Shown here piece after piece: positions 44,340-58,252 of a DNA stretch of 64,000 nucleotides (within the stretch, counting starts at the first letter, position 1; each line of letters opens with the position of its first letter). The stretch covers positions 11,904,001 to 11,968,000 of the forward strand of contig NC_043006.1 in the NCBI RefSeq assembly GCF_006345805.1, given 5' to 3'. The notes below the pieces were generated by a model. It was not told where the DNA came from. It worked only from the letters and a program-made list of their open reading frames with translations, and ran no database searches. The stretch is from Octopus sinensis. Taxonomy: Eukaryota. Made by a program: the position numbers and the translations under genes.

Positions 44340-45535
44340 ATAGTGTAGTAGAAGGTATTCCACAAGGAACCATTCATCATTGTTTTCTTCGGAAATATCA
44401 TCATGGAACACCTGATGTCGACACCTCACTGTTCAGCAGTTACAAATTTCTTTAGTTACATGACAAAGCAGAAATCATATATGACGTAGAAAATTATGTT
44501 AAAACGAGTAGGATCTTAAAATCTTTTAACGTACTGACATGTGCAATCACATTCAAACGAACAGATACGTCTCTGGGTACAAAATCATCCGTTACGCTAT
44601 AGTCTGTTTCTATTTGTCGTATATATGTATGCATGGACATATATGTATACGACAAATAGAAATATACATATATACATACACATTCATACAGACACACAGC
44701 CACACACACATTCATACATACACAGACACACACAAATAGATATATAAATACACTCATAGTTTTCCTTCTGCAGTCGCCAGCTAAAGATTAAAGAAAAAAA
44801 AAGAAGAGATTTACGCACATAATGTTTTATAGAACCCGAAAAGTCTTCATAAAGTGTTCTGTTACTCAGTTTCTCCCATTTCGTGCAACTGATTAGCCGG
44901 CAACACTAACGAATTTGTACAAAACCCACGTGACGTTCTGAGGATATGTTACGAATAACAATTTGGGAAGTAATTTCAGTTTTAATAAAACTGTGTGTGT
45001 ACGCGCACTTCCGGATGGTGTGTGATCATTTACTGAATATGAAAATATTTCTTTGTGCCTATGAATATGTTTTCACGTGCATAAATTTTTGAGGTGAATG
45101 GTGAAAGGTCTGCGGTAATTTAATGACATATTTGATCGGTATTTGCGGCAATACTGTCCAGATAACTCTTGCAATTTTAAAATCACCCTGTAGGTGCAAA
45201 CGTCATTATCTGATGTTGATATTTAAGGCATCGAATATCAACTTCAGCTAAATCCAACAACTTATATATCAATTTAGCAATGAACAGATAGCAAGATTTC
45301 GTTACGCTTTTTCATGATAACTCATCAAAAATAATGTATTTGCGATCTAAACAATATGATCTGACCTGAGATTTAGAAATCCTTACTCATTCTCGATCGA
45401 TTTTGTTCACCAAAATGCCCGATACAGACAAGTGATCTTTATCAGCTTAAACAGTATCTCAGCTGCAACAGTTAATCATTTGATAATGTCTCCTTGGAAA
45501 ATTTGATGATACCTATTTCGATCTGGCTATATATG

Positions 45536-45752
45536 TTTCTTTGCTACACACAAGGGGCTAAACACAGAGGGGGCAAACAAGGATAGACAAACGGATTAAG
45601 TCGATTACATCGACCCCAGTGCGTAACTGGTACTTAATTTATAGACCCCGAAAGGATGAAAGGCAAAGTCGACCTCGGCGGAATTTGAACTCAGAACGTA
45701 ACGGCTACGCATTTCTCCCGGCGTGCTAACGTTTCTGCCAGCTCGGCGCCTT
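45536..45752 (-). mobile_element. Nin-domain-like SINE
   Basis: Near-identical to 26088-26306 and to the reverse of 50766-50999. Confidence 0.9.
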
Positions 45753-46051
45753 CAGCTTACTCAGTATCCGAGTACAGTTGTTCATCCTCTGATATTGTCC
45801 CCTTGGCAAATTTGATATCCATTTAGATCTTTCTTTAAATGTTAAATATTGCGGTATATATTTCGAAGCTTACACAATCAGCAGCATTTTTACCGGGTTC
45901 AGAGAACAGCCAATCTCCTCCTGCATAAAGTTATGTGGTGTGACTGTGAGAAAGGTATTTCTATAAACGAATATAACAGTGAAAATTAGTGAGTTTACGT
46001 GTTTCTGTCCTTTCTATGAATAAAAGTACATCTCTAAGAAATATATATATA

Positions 46052-46436
46052 CTAGCAGTATCGCCCGGCGTTGCTCAGGTTTGTAAAGGAAATAACTATA
46101 AAGCATTTTTAGAGAGTTATAGCCAAAAAATAGCGAAAAAAATGGGAAAAAATGATGGTAAATTTTTTTTGAGAGTAAAAAAAGGTGGAGTTGCGTCCCC
46201 TAGACAGTTTGCGGTTTGTGTTTCTGATTCTCGACCCCATGTCGAATTTATCGACTTTTTTCAGAACTGGGGGAACTTTTCAAAATTTTCACTGCGTTAG
46301 TTTTGAATTATGACATTGGGCTATGTGTGTATCAAGTTTCATCAGAATCGGTTGAAAGCCGTGGTCAGAGTGAGGGTACAAGCAAACAGACACACAGAAA
46401 CACGCACAGACAAACTGCCGTTTATATAGAGAGAGA
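46052..46436 (-). mobile_element. Non-autonomous Helitron
   Basis: On the minus strand: A|TCTCTCTCTATATAAAC ... CCTGAGCAACGCCGGGCGATACTGCTAG|T; 3' end shared with 19615-20006. Confidence 0.85.
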
Positions 46437-47156
46437 TTTTTAATAATATATTATTATTAATATTAGGAAATCAATATCAAAACTCTTCAGAAAAGATATA
46501 CATGTGTGAAAATATTTGTTGTATTAAAGATATATAAATAAATAAATATAAATATGTATAAAAATATATGTAAATATGTATAAATATATAATGTATATGA
46601 CAGTTTAAAAGTTTTGAATTATATCTCTTTTACTCTTTCTCTTTTACTTGTTTCAGTCATTTGACTGTGGCCATGCTGGAGCACCGCCTTTAGTCGAGCA
46701 AATCGACCCCGGGACTTATTCTTTGTAAGCCCAGTACTTATTCTATCGGTCTCTTTTGCCGAACCGCTAAGTGACGGGGACGTAAACACACCAGCATCGG
46801 TTGTCAAGCAATGGTGGGGAACAAACACAGACACACAAACATATACACACATACACATATATATACATATATACGACGGGCTTCTTCCAGTTTCCGTCTA
46901 CCAAATCCACTCACAAAGCATTGGTCGGCCCGGGACTATAGCAGAAGACACTTGCCCAATATGCCACGCAGTGAGACTGAACCCGGAACCATGTGGTTGG
47001 TTAGCAAGCTACTTACCACACAGCCACTCCTGCGCCTGTAAATATTATTTATTTATTTATGTATCTTTAATACAACAATTATTTCCACACGTGTATACCT
47101 TTCTGAGGAGTTTTGATATTGATTTCCTAATATTAATAATAATATATTATTAAAAA
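46437..47156. repeat. AT-rich fold-back element (about 115-bp arms) interrupted by an S-SINE
   Basis: 46437-46550 is the reverse complement of about 47041-47156 (TAGGAAATCAATATCAAAACTC / GAGTTTTGATATTGATTTCCTA). Confidence 0.85.
46625..47037 (-). mobile_element. SINE family S copy
   Basis: Full-length reverse copy. Confidence 0.92.
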
Positions 47157-48448
47157 TATATATGTATATGTATATATCGCACGTATTAAATATATAAATA
47201 CTTTAATAGTATTAATACTTTGATACAATTGAGCACTCAATATAAATTCAGTATATAATATTCTCATTGAATATATTTAACTAAAGATTTATCACCACGA
47301 AACAGGACCATTAAATGAAGATACTATGTTTTAGCGAAGAAATGTTTATATTCAGATTTGTACACAAGTGAACGGCAAATGGAATGTTATATGCACAGCC
47401 CCACTTTAACTCTAATATTCTAATACTATATTTAGCAACGTCCCCGAGGGATCGAAAAATAGAAGAGAATATTAGAATGAGCAAATTCTAATATTCCATC
47501 ATTCTATTTTGCCAAACTCACAATGCCCCTGGTAGTTTCTAACTGTTTGTGGCTTTAATTATAAATATGTCTACTTATAATGGTGCCGATTCTATAATCT
47601 TTCTGCACCAATGTCAAAGATGGTTAAGACTACCCTACAACTATCCTCAAATAAAACAATTATTCTTCACCAATGGAAAGATTGTGTAGCGTTTATAAGA
47701 GCCTGTCCGTGTGGAATCTGATTGTTAGAAATAGCAGCTATATCTCACTAAAAATCAGAATTTATCGTCTTAAGAAATGGCAGATATTGAAGAATATTGT
47801 CTTATCATTGCTAAACCAGAAAAAAAAAAGAATATTTTCACACTCCAAACCTTTGATCGGAGTTCTCCCTCAGAAGTGACTTACAGCTACACAACAGCAA
47901 TCCGTCATGCAGGTGGAGTATCACAATTGATGCGGTGTTATATATCGTAAATGATGATCCCATCCTCCATACTGCTTTGAAGCTCAGATTGATAGATGGA
48001 TCTTGAATAGCTTTCTCAATAATACATAGAATGTATTTGATCTGCTTAGATATGAGGTTTTCCCCTCTGATTTTAATAGTGTATGACACAAGTATTAGTC
48101 ACCGTTATGTAGACCTGTCCTGGTGGTGCCTCTCTATATTATATAATATATTTCCTTTGTGAACGACCCTTTATTTGCAAAACACGGGTGTATGTTTAAT
48201 AACAGTAACAATCAAATCTTTCTCTAAGCTGCCTGTACTCTTCAAATATGTTAAACTAGCTAAGACCGATAGAACGATGGAGTCTTCAACGGAACACTTT
48301 GACCATTGCTTTATTGACTCAAAGCTGAATTGAACCTAATAGCAACGAGTCATGGACGGGCTTTAGTTTCTTAGATAAGGTTCAGTGACATAATAACGGA
48401 CCCTTCCTATCATATTTTCACTGAAAAACGCAATGTATTTATTGTAAA

Positions 48449-48839
48449 CTAGCAGTATAGCCCGGTGTTGCTCGGGTTTGTTTTCTTTTCGACCCTTTAG
48501 AATTGGACTTTTTGAAAAGTAAAAATTTTGCATTATGTAGCTTGTTATTCTTTTTACGTGAACATTTTTCTGGTTGAAATACACTGAAAAATAGCGACAC
48601 AGCAGTCAAAAAATCGTAAAAAAATAGGGATGTTCATAGAAAAAAGCACCATTTTGATGTAAATAAGTTTTGGTCTTAGCATGGTCCGATTTAATTTTTT
48701 TTCTCCTACGGAAGTAAGAGTAAGCCTTCGTCTATCACACTCTCAATTTTGGTTAACTTGCGCCGCAGGGTCTCGGAGGAGATAGTGTTAGTTGAAGGCT
48801 ACCAAACCTGCCACACACACACAGCATTATATGTATAAA
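48449..48839 (-). mobile_element. Non-autonomous Helitron (different body, same 3' end)
   Basis: A|CTAGCAGTATAGCCCGGTGTTGCTCGGGTTTG is the reverse of the hairpin + CTAG terminus; 5' end decayed. Confidence 0.7.
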
Positions 48840-49322
48840 TTATTCTAAGAATATGTGGCTCATGTTATGCATGTCACCGTCAGTTGAAGAAAACAGGAAG
48901 TTACTATTTGGCTAAAACTACACAGCAAATATATCTGAGAAGTGAGGAAAACTATATGCTTGCATTTGTGATGTTACATAAGTCTTGGTCACTCATACTA
49001 AATTTATTGGAGTCTATTCAGTCATCGTTAGAGCGGTAGAGATTTACAATAAAATTGTAAGAAATTAGTCGTGTTTGTCTTCTAGTGAGTGGGGTAAGCA
49101 GTATCCATGACACTCACTGTGCCTCAAAAACTGCTTTTTTTTATCAAACCTTAAGAGTATGAAAAGCAAAGTCGACGTCAGCGGAATTTGATCTTTTAAC
49201 CCAAAGACGGAAAAAGTGCCGCTGAGCATTTTACCCAGCGTTCTAACGATTCTTCCAGTTCGTCGGCTTAACTTACCCACCACATTATTACCACCACATT
49301 ATCTTATTAAATATACATTCAT

Positions 49323-49763
49323 AGGCGCATGAGTGGCTGTGTGGTAAGTAGCTTGCTAACCAACCACATGGTTCCGGCTTCAGTCCCACTGCGTGGTATC
49401 TTGGGCAACTGTCTTCTGTTATAGCCCCGGGCCGACCAATGCCTTTTGAGTGGATTTGGTAGACGGAAACTGAAAGAAGCTTGTCGTATATATATATATA
49501 AGTGTGTGTGTATATGTATGTGTGTGTATATGTTTTAGTGTCTGTGTTTGTCCCCCTAGCATTGCTTGACAACCGATGCTGGTGTGTTTACGTCCCCGTC
49601 ACTTAGCGGTTTCGGCAAAAGAGACCGATAGATTAAGTACTGTGCTTACAAAAAGAATAAGTCCCGGGGTCGATTTGTTCGACTAAAGGCGGTGCTCCAG
49701 CATGGCCGCAGTCAAATGACTGAAACAAGTAAAAGAGTAAAAGAGTAAAAATGAGTAAAGAGT
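49323..49763 (+). mobile_element. SINE family S copy
   Basis: Full-length copy. Confidence 0.92.
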
Positions 49764-50765
49764 CTAATGGTCAGGGAGTTCAGTTCACAATTATGGGTTC
49801 CTGTTTTCAATCCCACCTCTTAGCAATTCAGGCGAGCAGAGTTTACTATAGTCATATATTTACATGAGATTTATGAGTGAAACTTTGTCAACTAGAACTA
49901 TATAGAACTCATCGAATGTACCTTAGCAGAAATTCACAAAGACAATGTTATCTACCGACGTGTCACGCTGCATTAGGATTAAATTAAGGGCGCAACTACT
50001 CGTGGAATAATAAGCCAACTACAATATAATCTAATACTTGGATTGTTTAATTGATCGAGCTTCTGAACATCAATCGTCGAGCTTGACGGAGGAGCCATCT
50101 TGTTTTTGTTACTCTGTACATTAATTCGAGAACTACTAAGAACTACCCCAAAACTGGACATTAATAATTACTTCACGTTTTGAAACAAGCCAGCAATTTT
50201 AGAGGAAGCGGGTAATTAATTACATCCAAATCAGTACTTGACTTGTACTTTATCTTATCGACCTAGAAAGGATGAAAGGCAAAGTTAACATAGGCAGTAT
50301 TTGAACTCAGGGCAGAAAGAAGCACAGCTTAGCATTTTGTTCGACTCCCTAACAGGCCTGCCACGTCCCCTCCTTAAACTGGGCATCAATAATAAAATCT
50401 TTCTAGACTGTCTTGTAGTTCTCTGTGGTGGGTCCTTGTTTTCTGGTCTTGAACCTGTTATCGCGGGAGCATTTAGCTACGTTTTATCACAATATGCGTT
50501 CGAAAGGTAAACTTTATTTTTCATCTTTCCGAAGTACTTATCAAGTACTGCATCCATTTAATCAACGTCTTGGTGTTTTATTGCTAATCAGTGGTGCAAG
50601 CATTCAGACTCTGTGTCCGATTTGAGGATACATACTTCCTTCTCTTCTGTCAATTGCGGAGGCCGTGCCAGGCATCATGGGCATTGCCTTCACTCCTGAC
50701 TAAAAAATAAGACGGTGACTAATCTAAATTCGAAATCAGTTATGGTGAATGGTAATAGTTAATAA

Positions 50766-50999
50766 CAAGATGGCGAGGTGGCAGAAACGTTAGCGCGCCG
50801 GGCGACATGCGTAGCCGTATATCGTCTGCCGCTACGTTCTCAGTTCAAATTTCGCCGAGGTCGACTTTGCCTTTCATCCTTTCGGGGTCGATAAATTAAG
50901 TACCAGTTACGCAGTGGGTTCGATGTAATCGACTTAATCCCTTTGTCTGTCCTTATTTGTCCTCTCTGTGTTTAGCCCCTTGTGGGTAGTAAAGAAATA
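50766..50999 (+). mobile_element. Nin-domain-like tRNA SINE, full length
   Basis: GGCGAGGTGGCAGAAACGTTAGC...GTTCAAATT..GTCGACTTTGCCTTTCATCCTTTCGGGGTCGATAAATTAAGTACC (Nin/Deu-domain-like); 15-bp TSD GGTAATAGTTAATAA at 50751-50765 and 51000-51014. Confidence 0.9.
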
Positions 51000-52701
51000 G
51001 GTAATAGTTAATAATTTTTTGTTGTTTTACTCGCGGATGATTTGTTTCAAACAGTACAAATTAAACACCAATCTGTATATGACCATCTGTCGTCTGAATC
51101 TCTCTCCCTCTGTTATTTCATACATTGACTTGCAAGGTCTATACGAACACCTCTACTGTCATCAGTTTCTCTTATATAGAAAAACACTCAGAGTCATTCA
51201 TAGATGATCACATATAACGGACAGATGTCTCGGTACAAGAGCATTCTGTAAGCTATGTTTCCCTTTATTCAAGTTATCACTTCCTGCACTAAACTACCCC
51301 ACCACACACACACATTCGTACGTGCACACAAACACGCATTCATTCATACATACGTGCGTACATACATAGGAGCGCTCTGAGATATAACCGATAGGCGAAA
51401 TATGTTTTCTGTTACATACTTAGAATAGAAGTTGAAAAGCATTAACGTCATATATAGTTCACACCTCATTTGTGTTCAATATCGGTTTCATTAAAATAAT
51501 CACCCCTAAATGTAAAGTTGCATAACTGTAACACTTAAATAATTAACTGAAATTAAATTGATTTAAACTGAATTAACCTGGAAGTTGCCTTTACCAAAAT
51601 CATTTGAATATTAAATAAACTCAATTTAAATAATCAAATTTAAATTAATCCTAAATGTATCACAATTATGCAAATATACAGTTACTGAAGTTTATCAGAA
51701 ACCGTTGGAGAATACGAAGTATTCTGTCCATGTGAAATGTGAAATATCATGCTTCTCTGCTTTTACTTTAAATATGCAGCTCTAATCGATCGTTTTAGCA
51801 GGTAATATTTTCTGTTATTACATTTGCGTCATGTAATTTCATAAATGAAGGCAGCTAACTGGCAGAGACATTAGATCGTCGGATAATATTCTTTGCTGTA
51901 TTTAAGCAGGGTCTTTACTTTCTGATTTAATATCCAGTTGAGAAGAACTTTGCCTTTCAGCATCTTGAGGTAAATAAAACAATGGCAATATAATATTTGG
52001 GTCAATAGTATTCACTAATTCGTTCCACTTAAAATTGCTGGCGTTGTCTCTCATTTAAAAACAGTATTTTAATTTCTTAATATTTAGATTAATGGAAATA
52101 TTTCAATCCATTAGTTTTAACATATCAAGGAGTGACACCGCTGAAATTAAAAATATTCGCGAACAATTAAGGAAAATAAATCTGTAACATTACAAGAAAA
52201 AAAAAACTGGTATTAAGAAATCTATCCTATTATAAAATTTCAGAAAATGAAAGCATAGTTGTGGAGTTGTGACGGAGGGATTCACAATTTGAAGTACAAG
52301 ATTTTAAAATAGGTTTAATGACTTTCAGAAATTAAACACGTTTTTACAAATGCTGTGTAATTATGAGATGAGATATATTTCAATATCTCGCACACTGAGG
52401 TGACTCATAATATAATTAATTTCAGTTTTCAAAGTAAAAGAAGAAAATGAAATTCAGAAACAAATATAATTGCAATAGCTTAAATTATTCTGTTAATTGA
52501 GGAGAAATTTAAGATTGGGAATTAACCAGACGATTGCGAAGATATTTCGGTAGAATCAATGCAAAAAACAATCATAAAAACAAAAAGAAACAAACAAAAC
52601 GATTCCAAACAAAGGCGAAAAACAAAAACAAAAGCGAATTCAAATAATGAAGAACTACAGACTCTTTTCCCTCATTTGACTCTAACATTAAGCACACACA
52701 T

Positions 52702-52716
52702 ATGTATATATGTATG

Positions 52717-52750
<34 letters not shown>

Positions 52751-52813
52751 TGTATGTATGTATGTATGTATGTATGTATGTATGTATGTATGTATGTATG
52801 TATGTATGTATGT
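52702..52813. repeat. (TATG)n microsatellite
   Basis: Seen directly. Confidence 0.97.
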
Positions 52814-53047
52814 TCATATATATGTTTCTGAAGACAACACTCATACACACACAACTATACACATATATACATGTATCATACTTATCTTACGAAATATGTA
52901 GATTGCTTAGACGTGCTCAAGTCGAACATAAGACGTTAGACAGGTATGGAAAATAAAAGGAAAATAATTCATATTAGGCAAACCACAATCAGCACATAGG
53001 TGTGCAGATTTTTGATCACGGTAAAATTCGTCCAAAATTTAAACCCA

Positions 53048-53885
53048 TATTAATATATCGAACATAGAAAAATATAAGGATATTAAAAGTATGTATAGAT
53101 ATCAATATATAAATATGAGTGTAGAAACATAGTGATAATATACTGAAATATAAGAACGTTTTTAAAGCATTTCAAAAGATAGTCAAAAGTTCATAATAAG
53201 CGTCTAATAATGTTTTTTGTTACTATTTTAGATGATAATATGCACTGAATGCATATCTACCGTGAATATCATATGTCTCCTGACGAAGGAGACATCCTCC
53301 GAAAATGGATTTCAAGATCCATTTATCATCCGGAAGAATAAATCCCAGAAACGGCTATCGGAATATTATCACCTAAAATTGTAACCCGAAACCTTATTAG
53401 ACGCCTATAATTAACTTTTGACTATTTTTTTCAAATCCTTTAAAAACGTTCTTTTACAATATTTTTTTCTACTCTAACCACAAGGCTCAGATCGAGCCCG
53501 GTACGAACCTGGTATTTAATTAATCGACCCCGAAAGGATGAAGAACATAGTCGACCTCGGCGGAATTTGAACTCAGAGCATAAAGACAGACGAAATACCG
53601 CTAAGCATTTCGCCCGGCGTGCAAACGTTTCTTATTTCCTTATTGCCTACATGGGGATAAACATAGAGGGGATAAACAAGGACAGACCGGCGCCAGTGCG
53701 GAACTGGTACTTAAATTATCGACCCGGAAAGGATGAAAGGCAAAGTCGACCTCGGAGGAATTTGAACTCACAACGTAACGCAGACGAAATACCGCTAAGC
53801 ATTTATCCCGTCGCGCTAACGTTTCTGCCAGCTCACCGCCTTTTATCTTTTATTATTTTATCACTATGTTCGATATATTAATATA
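53048..53885. mobile_element. Fold-back element with a central hammerhead-like loop; right arm interrupted by two tandem Nin-like SINEs (about 53462-53842)
   Basis: Arm pairs: GAACGTTTTTAAAG..AGTCAAAAGTT..GCGTCTAATAA..TACTATTTTAGATGATAATAT with ATATTATCACCTAAAATTGTA..TTATTAGACGC..AACTTTTGACT..CTTTAAAAACGTTC; TATTAATATATCGAACATAG with CTATGTTCGATATATTAATA. Confidence 0.8.
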
Positions 53886-53975
53886 TGCTTTAATTTTAGA
53901 CGCAATCTACCTTGACCAAATCCGCGCACATATGTGTTTTTAATGGTTTGTCTATCTGAATTTTTAATTTTTATT

Positions 53976-54028
<53 letters not shown>

Positions 54029-54042
54029 AACATACCCCTCCC

Positions 54043-54078
<36 letters not shown>

Positions 54079-54636
54079 ATATTTGTTATCCTGAGAATAA
54101 GGTCAGATGCCTTATATCTGAGATGAACTATAAGAATCGTACTATTCCAGTCCCAAATGACATTTAGAATCGCAATGTAAAAATATATGAATAAATATCG
54201 GAACAAATAGAGTTATTCTAATTTGAAAATGTTATTTCACATCTTGAATACACTAAAATTCCTTTTACACAGCCACACATTCATTACAACTGATAAAGTA
54301 TTTTTAGATAATGAGAAATGGTGTTTGTTATTATTATTATTATCGGTATTAGTATTTCCCGTGGAATTACCTTATTTCTTTGTAATGTTTGTATTATATT
54401 TGGATATTCGATTCCAATGTTTATGGAGAATCGTCCAAGTGTCCCCATTAAGCATGAGTTGTTACTAATTTCGGAAGTATTAAAATACTAATTTTAAATG
54501 TAATTTTAAAATTCATTAAAAAAATATTCATCGGATAATTTGGAAAACCGAAAAAAAATATTCATAATAAAAACGAAAGAAAATAACATTATGAACTACA
54601 AAAAGATAAAAAAAAATAAAAATGGTCTTAACTCAC

Positions 54637-55116
54637 ATCACTTGTGCCTGAGCCAAACAGTAGCAAGTCAAAAGGAATGGCAGCAATAGCATCAATAAGG
54701 AACCATCCTTTCACATAGTGTTTGGCAATTAACTGAGGATCACTGGCCACTTCACCATTTTGAAGGAATGTAGTTCGAAAGTTAATAAGAATGTCAGCTA
54801 TGAACATAATGTCAACAAGGAGGTCGATTATCACCAGGGGATCCGCCTTGCTTGTCTCGGCGTTTTTCAGGCGCGTCGCAGCATCCCTGTTTAGCTTCAT
54901 TCGGATTTCGTCTTCATTTAGAAGGAAGGCCGCTGAATAGGGAGTAAACACGGCTGTGTACAGAACTAGCAGCAGGATTATCCAATCCCAAACGGCTTTG
55001 AACGGAGAATAGTGGAGGATTATGAACTTCATTTGTGTCGACTGTTGACGTTTGCTTGGTTCCGGTTCTACTAAACTTCGGGACTCTTCATCACTTTTAT
55101 CTTGTTTGTTGGATTC
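54637..55116 (-). CDS. KCNH: Internal coding exon (160 codons) of an ERG-subfamily (KCNH2/6/7-like) voltage-gated potassium channel: N-linker plus S1-S3
   Basis: Translation ESNKQ...[38 protein letters not shown]...[25 protein letters not shown]...[31 protein letters not shown] matches the ERG S1-S3 signature ([39 protein letters not shown]). Acceptor is a pyrimidine tract + cccacag (AG at 55118-55117); donor is GTGAGT (54636-54631). Both are phase 0, equivalent to human KCNH2 exon 6. Confidence 0.95.
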
Positions 55117-55742
55117 CTGTGGGATATAAAATGGAAAAAGTAAGAAATTGGCAAAAAAGTAAGAAAATGGAAAATATAAGAAAATGAAAAAAAAGTAAGA
55201 GATTCACTCCAACTGTTTCAGATGCATTTTTATTCATGAAAAGATCAATTACATTAGAAAAAACAAAAGAAGTACCCATTTTCGTCGGAAGAATTTTAAA
55301 TTTAAATCTAAAATTTAACATTTAACATTTGGACCATTAAGTATATATTTTGACTCCCACATCTCAAGGATGACCAAAAGAGTTTATGTACGATTGTACA
55401 TATAGATATATATTTATATTCGATGAGAATATGGATTTGTTCATGCGCTTGTGTATGTATTTTCAAGGACAATTCTGCATGTATACATATGTGCGTAAGT
55501 GTCAATATATATACCGCTGATGCATATTGGCATAGAATTTTTTTTCTTTTGTCCTTATTTATAATTGTTTATAATTTTCACCTTTAAAGGTATTTTAATA
55601 TGCTGCCACTTTGATGAAATTCTTTTTGGAAGAAAATTTGTTATGCTATATTCCAAGTATATATATATATATATATATATATATAGGTGTATATATATAT
55701 ATACATATATATATATGTATATGTATATATATATATGTTATG

Positions 55743-55775
<33 letters not shown>

Positions 55776-55799
55776 GTATATATATATATATTCTTTTAT

Positions 55800-56012
55800 T
55801 CCCTTACTTCCGTCAAACATTCCGGATCGCAACATTAAAGGGGTTTAGTCGAAAATCTCGACCTCAGGAATTATTCTTTGTAAGACTAGTACTGATTCTA
55901 TCAGTTCCTTTTGATGAACTTCTAATTTACGGGGATGTAAACACAACAACATCGGTTGCAAAGCGATGCTGGTGGGTGGTAGACAAACTCAGACACAAAG
56001 ACACAAACATAT
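55800..56012 (-). mobile_element. Degenerate 3' half of an S-SINE
   Basis: TTATTCTTTGTAAGACTAGTACT..GGGGATGTAAACACAACAACATCGGTTG. Confidence 0.65.
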
Positions 56013-56141
56013 ATATATAATTTTTTCTCGCTCCTCCTTAATTCTTCTATCCCTCTGCCTCTACCTCTCTCACTTCCCTCCCCACCTGACCGGTGTTCTG
56101 CCAGGCCTGACTTTTCTTTTTTGATTCGACTACCAACCGTG

Positions 56142-56176
<35 letters not shown>

Positions 56177-56821
56177 GGGTGATCCCACTCCAGAAAAATA
56201 AACACACACATGCACACACATAAACACAAACATTACACAAATATTTATAATGTAGTAAATAGAATTACATTTTACCTTATATTGATTAGAGAAAATAGCC
56301 TAATACTAGGACATATAAAACCCATAGCGGGAAAATGGATATAAGTAAGCTGGGAAACCTAATGCCTATTTTTACGTCAAGAGTTTTATATGCCCTGATA
56401 TCATAATAAATTATATAATCAATAATCGGTGAAAGCTTATGGTTCTGCATGATAAACTTTCACTCTCCAGCGTCTTCTAATTCACACATAGTTCGTATAC
56501 ATATTTATATATATATATAAATCTATATTTCTAGGCGCGTACGTTTATGAATGAGTGCTCAACAATATTTACTAACCAACTGTTTCATTTCTAGCAATAT
56601 TTCTTTTAGACGTTTTATCTTGTGTCTTCAACTATCAGTTGAATAATTCCAAGTCTATTTTCTGTCAAAGGAACTGGAATTGCATTCAGATATGACTCTT
56701 TGACAGCATTCTATGACAATAGCTACGCAGTACAAACGGTAGCGCTATGAATATTCTTTCTGCTGAATGTCATATGCAACATACAAATCTCAATGACGTA
56801 AAATATTACGCAACTCAAATA

Positions 56822-56887
<66 letters not shown>

Positions 56888-57256
56888 GTAAAATATGAAA
56901 AATCAACGAAAATGTACATTGCAAATGAAAAATGGCTATTTATGACAGGTAACGACAGATATATACATTTAGATTGACTGAGGTAGTAATACGAGTCATA
57001 AAAGTCATTATTATGAGATGATTATAAGATGATAATAAAGTAAGAGAACAAAACGGACCATGGTTTATGCGAAGTATTCATCGTTTGAACAACACCGGTT
57101 GATATACGGTATCAGGTCTAATAGTTCTATATATATATAGATTCAGATGAATATGGTATTTAAGTTGAGGCACAAGAATTTAATATGGTATTATCCATAC
57201 AATTTCAAAATAAGGTGATTAAAATCAAAATAAGCAACAAGGATATCTGGAGGTAA

Positions 57257-57295
<39 letters not shown>

Positions 57296-58183
57296 TCAAA
57301 CTATATTGATATAAGTTTAGTATAAGCAGCTATATAAGCTTTATAAATGCATAAAGGAAACATTTGAGGGTGCTGAATAGCCCCTATATTAAGAAATAAG
57401 GCTTAAAGCCATTAAGGATGCATAAGGGTGCAGTTTATATACATTGACAGGGGAGGTAACCTTCCCACGAGCACACCTAGGAACACTAAACTAGACTACT
57501 TTCGTCTATTATTTGCAGAGTAGTCAGCAGTGAGTATGATGGACTCTTGCTGTATTCGACGCATGAGGGTTAAAACTTCTGCTTTTATCCTATTTTTTTT
57601 TCCTTTTTCCAGATGATGTTGAGTAAGCCAATCCCTTAGATGACCTTATCAGTGATTTGTTTAAAGTGGCAATGACATTTGGAGGTCCATTGAAACCTTT
57701 TGGTACTGCTGGTAGTATATATCGCTATACGTATGCCACCAGAGTGATGAAGAGCAGACCTCAATTGGATGACCGATAGCTCTCACGAGTTCTTCCAGCC
57801 CTTGCCGGGTCGGTTGTTTTCATCTCACCGGTATTCAATATCCATATCCATATAATCATCCTCTACTTCAAGTAAACTTCGTGGCGGTTTCGGTTTCATT
57901 ACCGACAACCCGACCATGGGAACGCTTGTACTGTTTACGTATTACTAGTAACACTCAACAGCAGCCTGACACATACTCATACTTATATATATATATATAT
58001 GATTATAATAAAGGTGGCTAGACGAAATATAAAACCCAAAAGGAAGAAATCGATTGTCAGTAATAGTGACTGAGGGTGCATTCTAGCCCCGACATTGCTA
58101 GAAATAAGAGTCAAAGACCCTTATAACTACAAACATAGCCTACGTCTAAGTACTGACAGGGGTGTTAACCGCCCCGTAACAAG

Positions 58184-58252
<69 letters not shown>

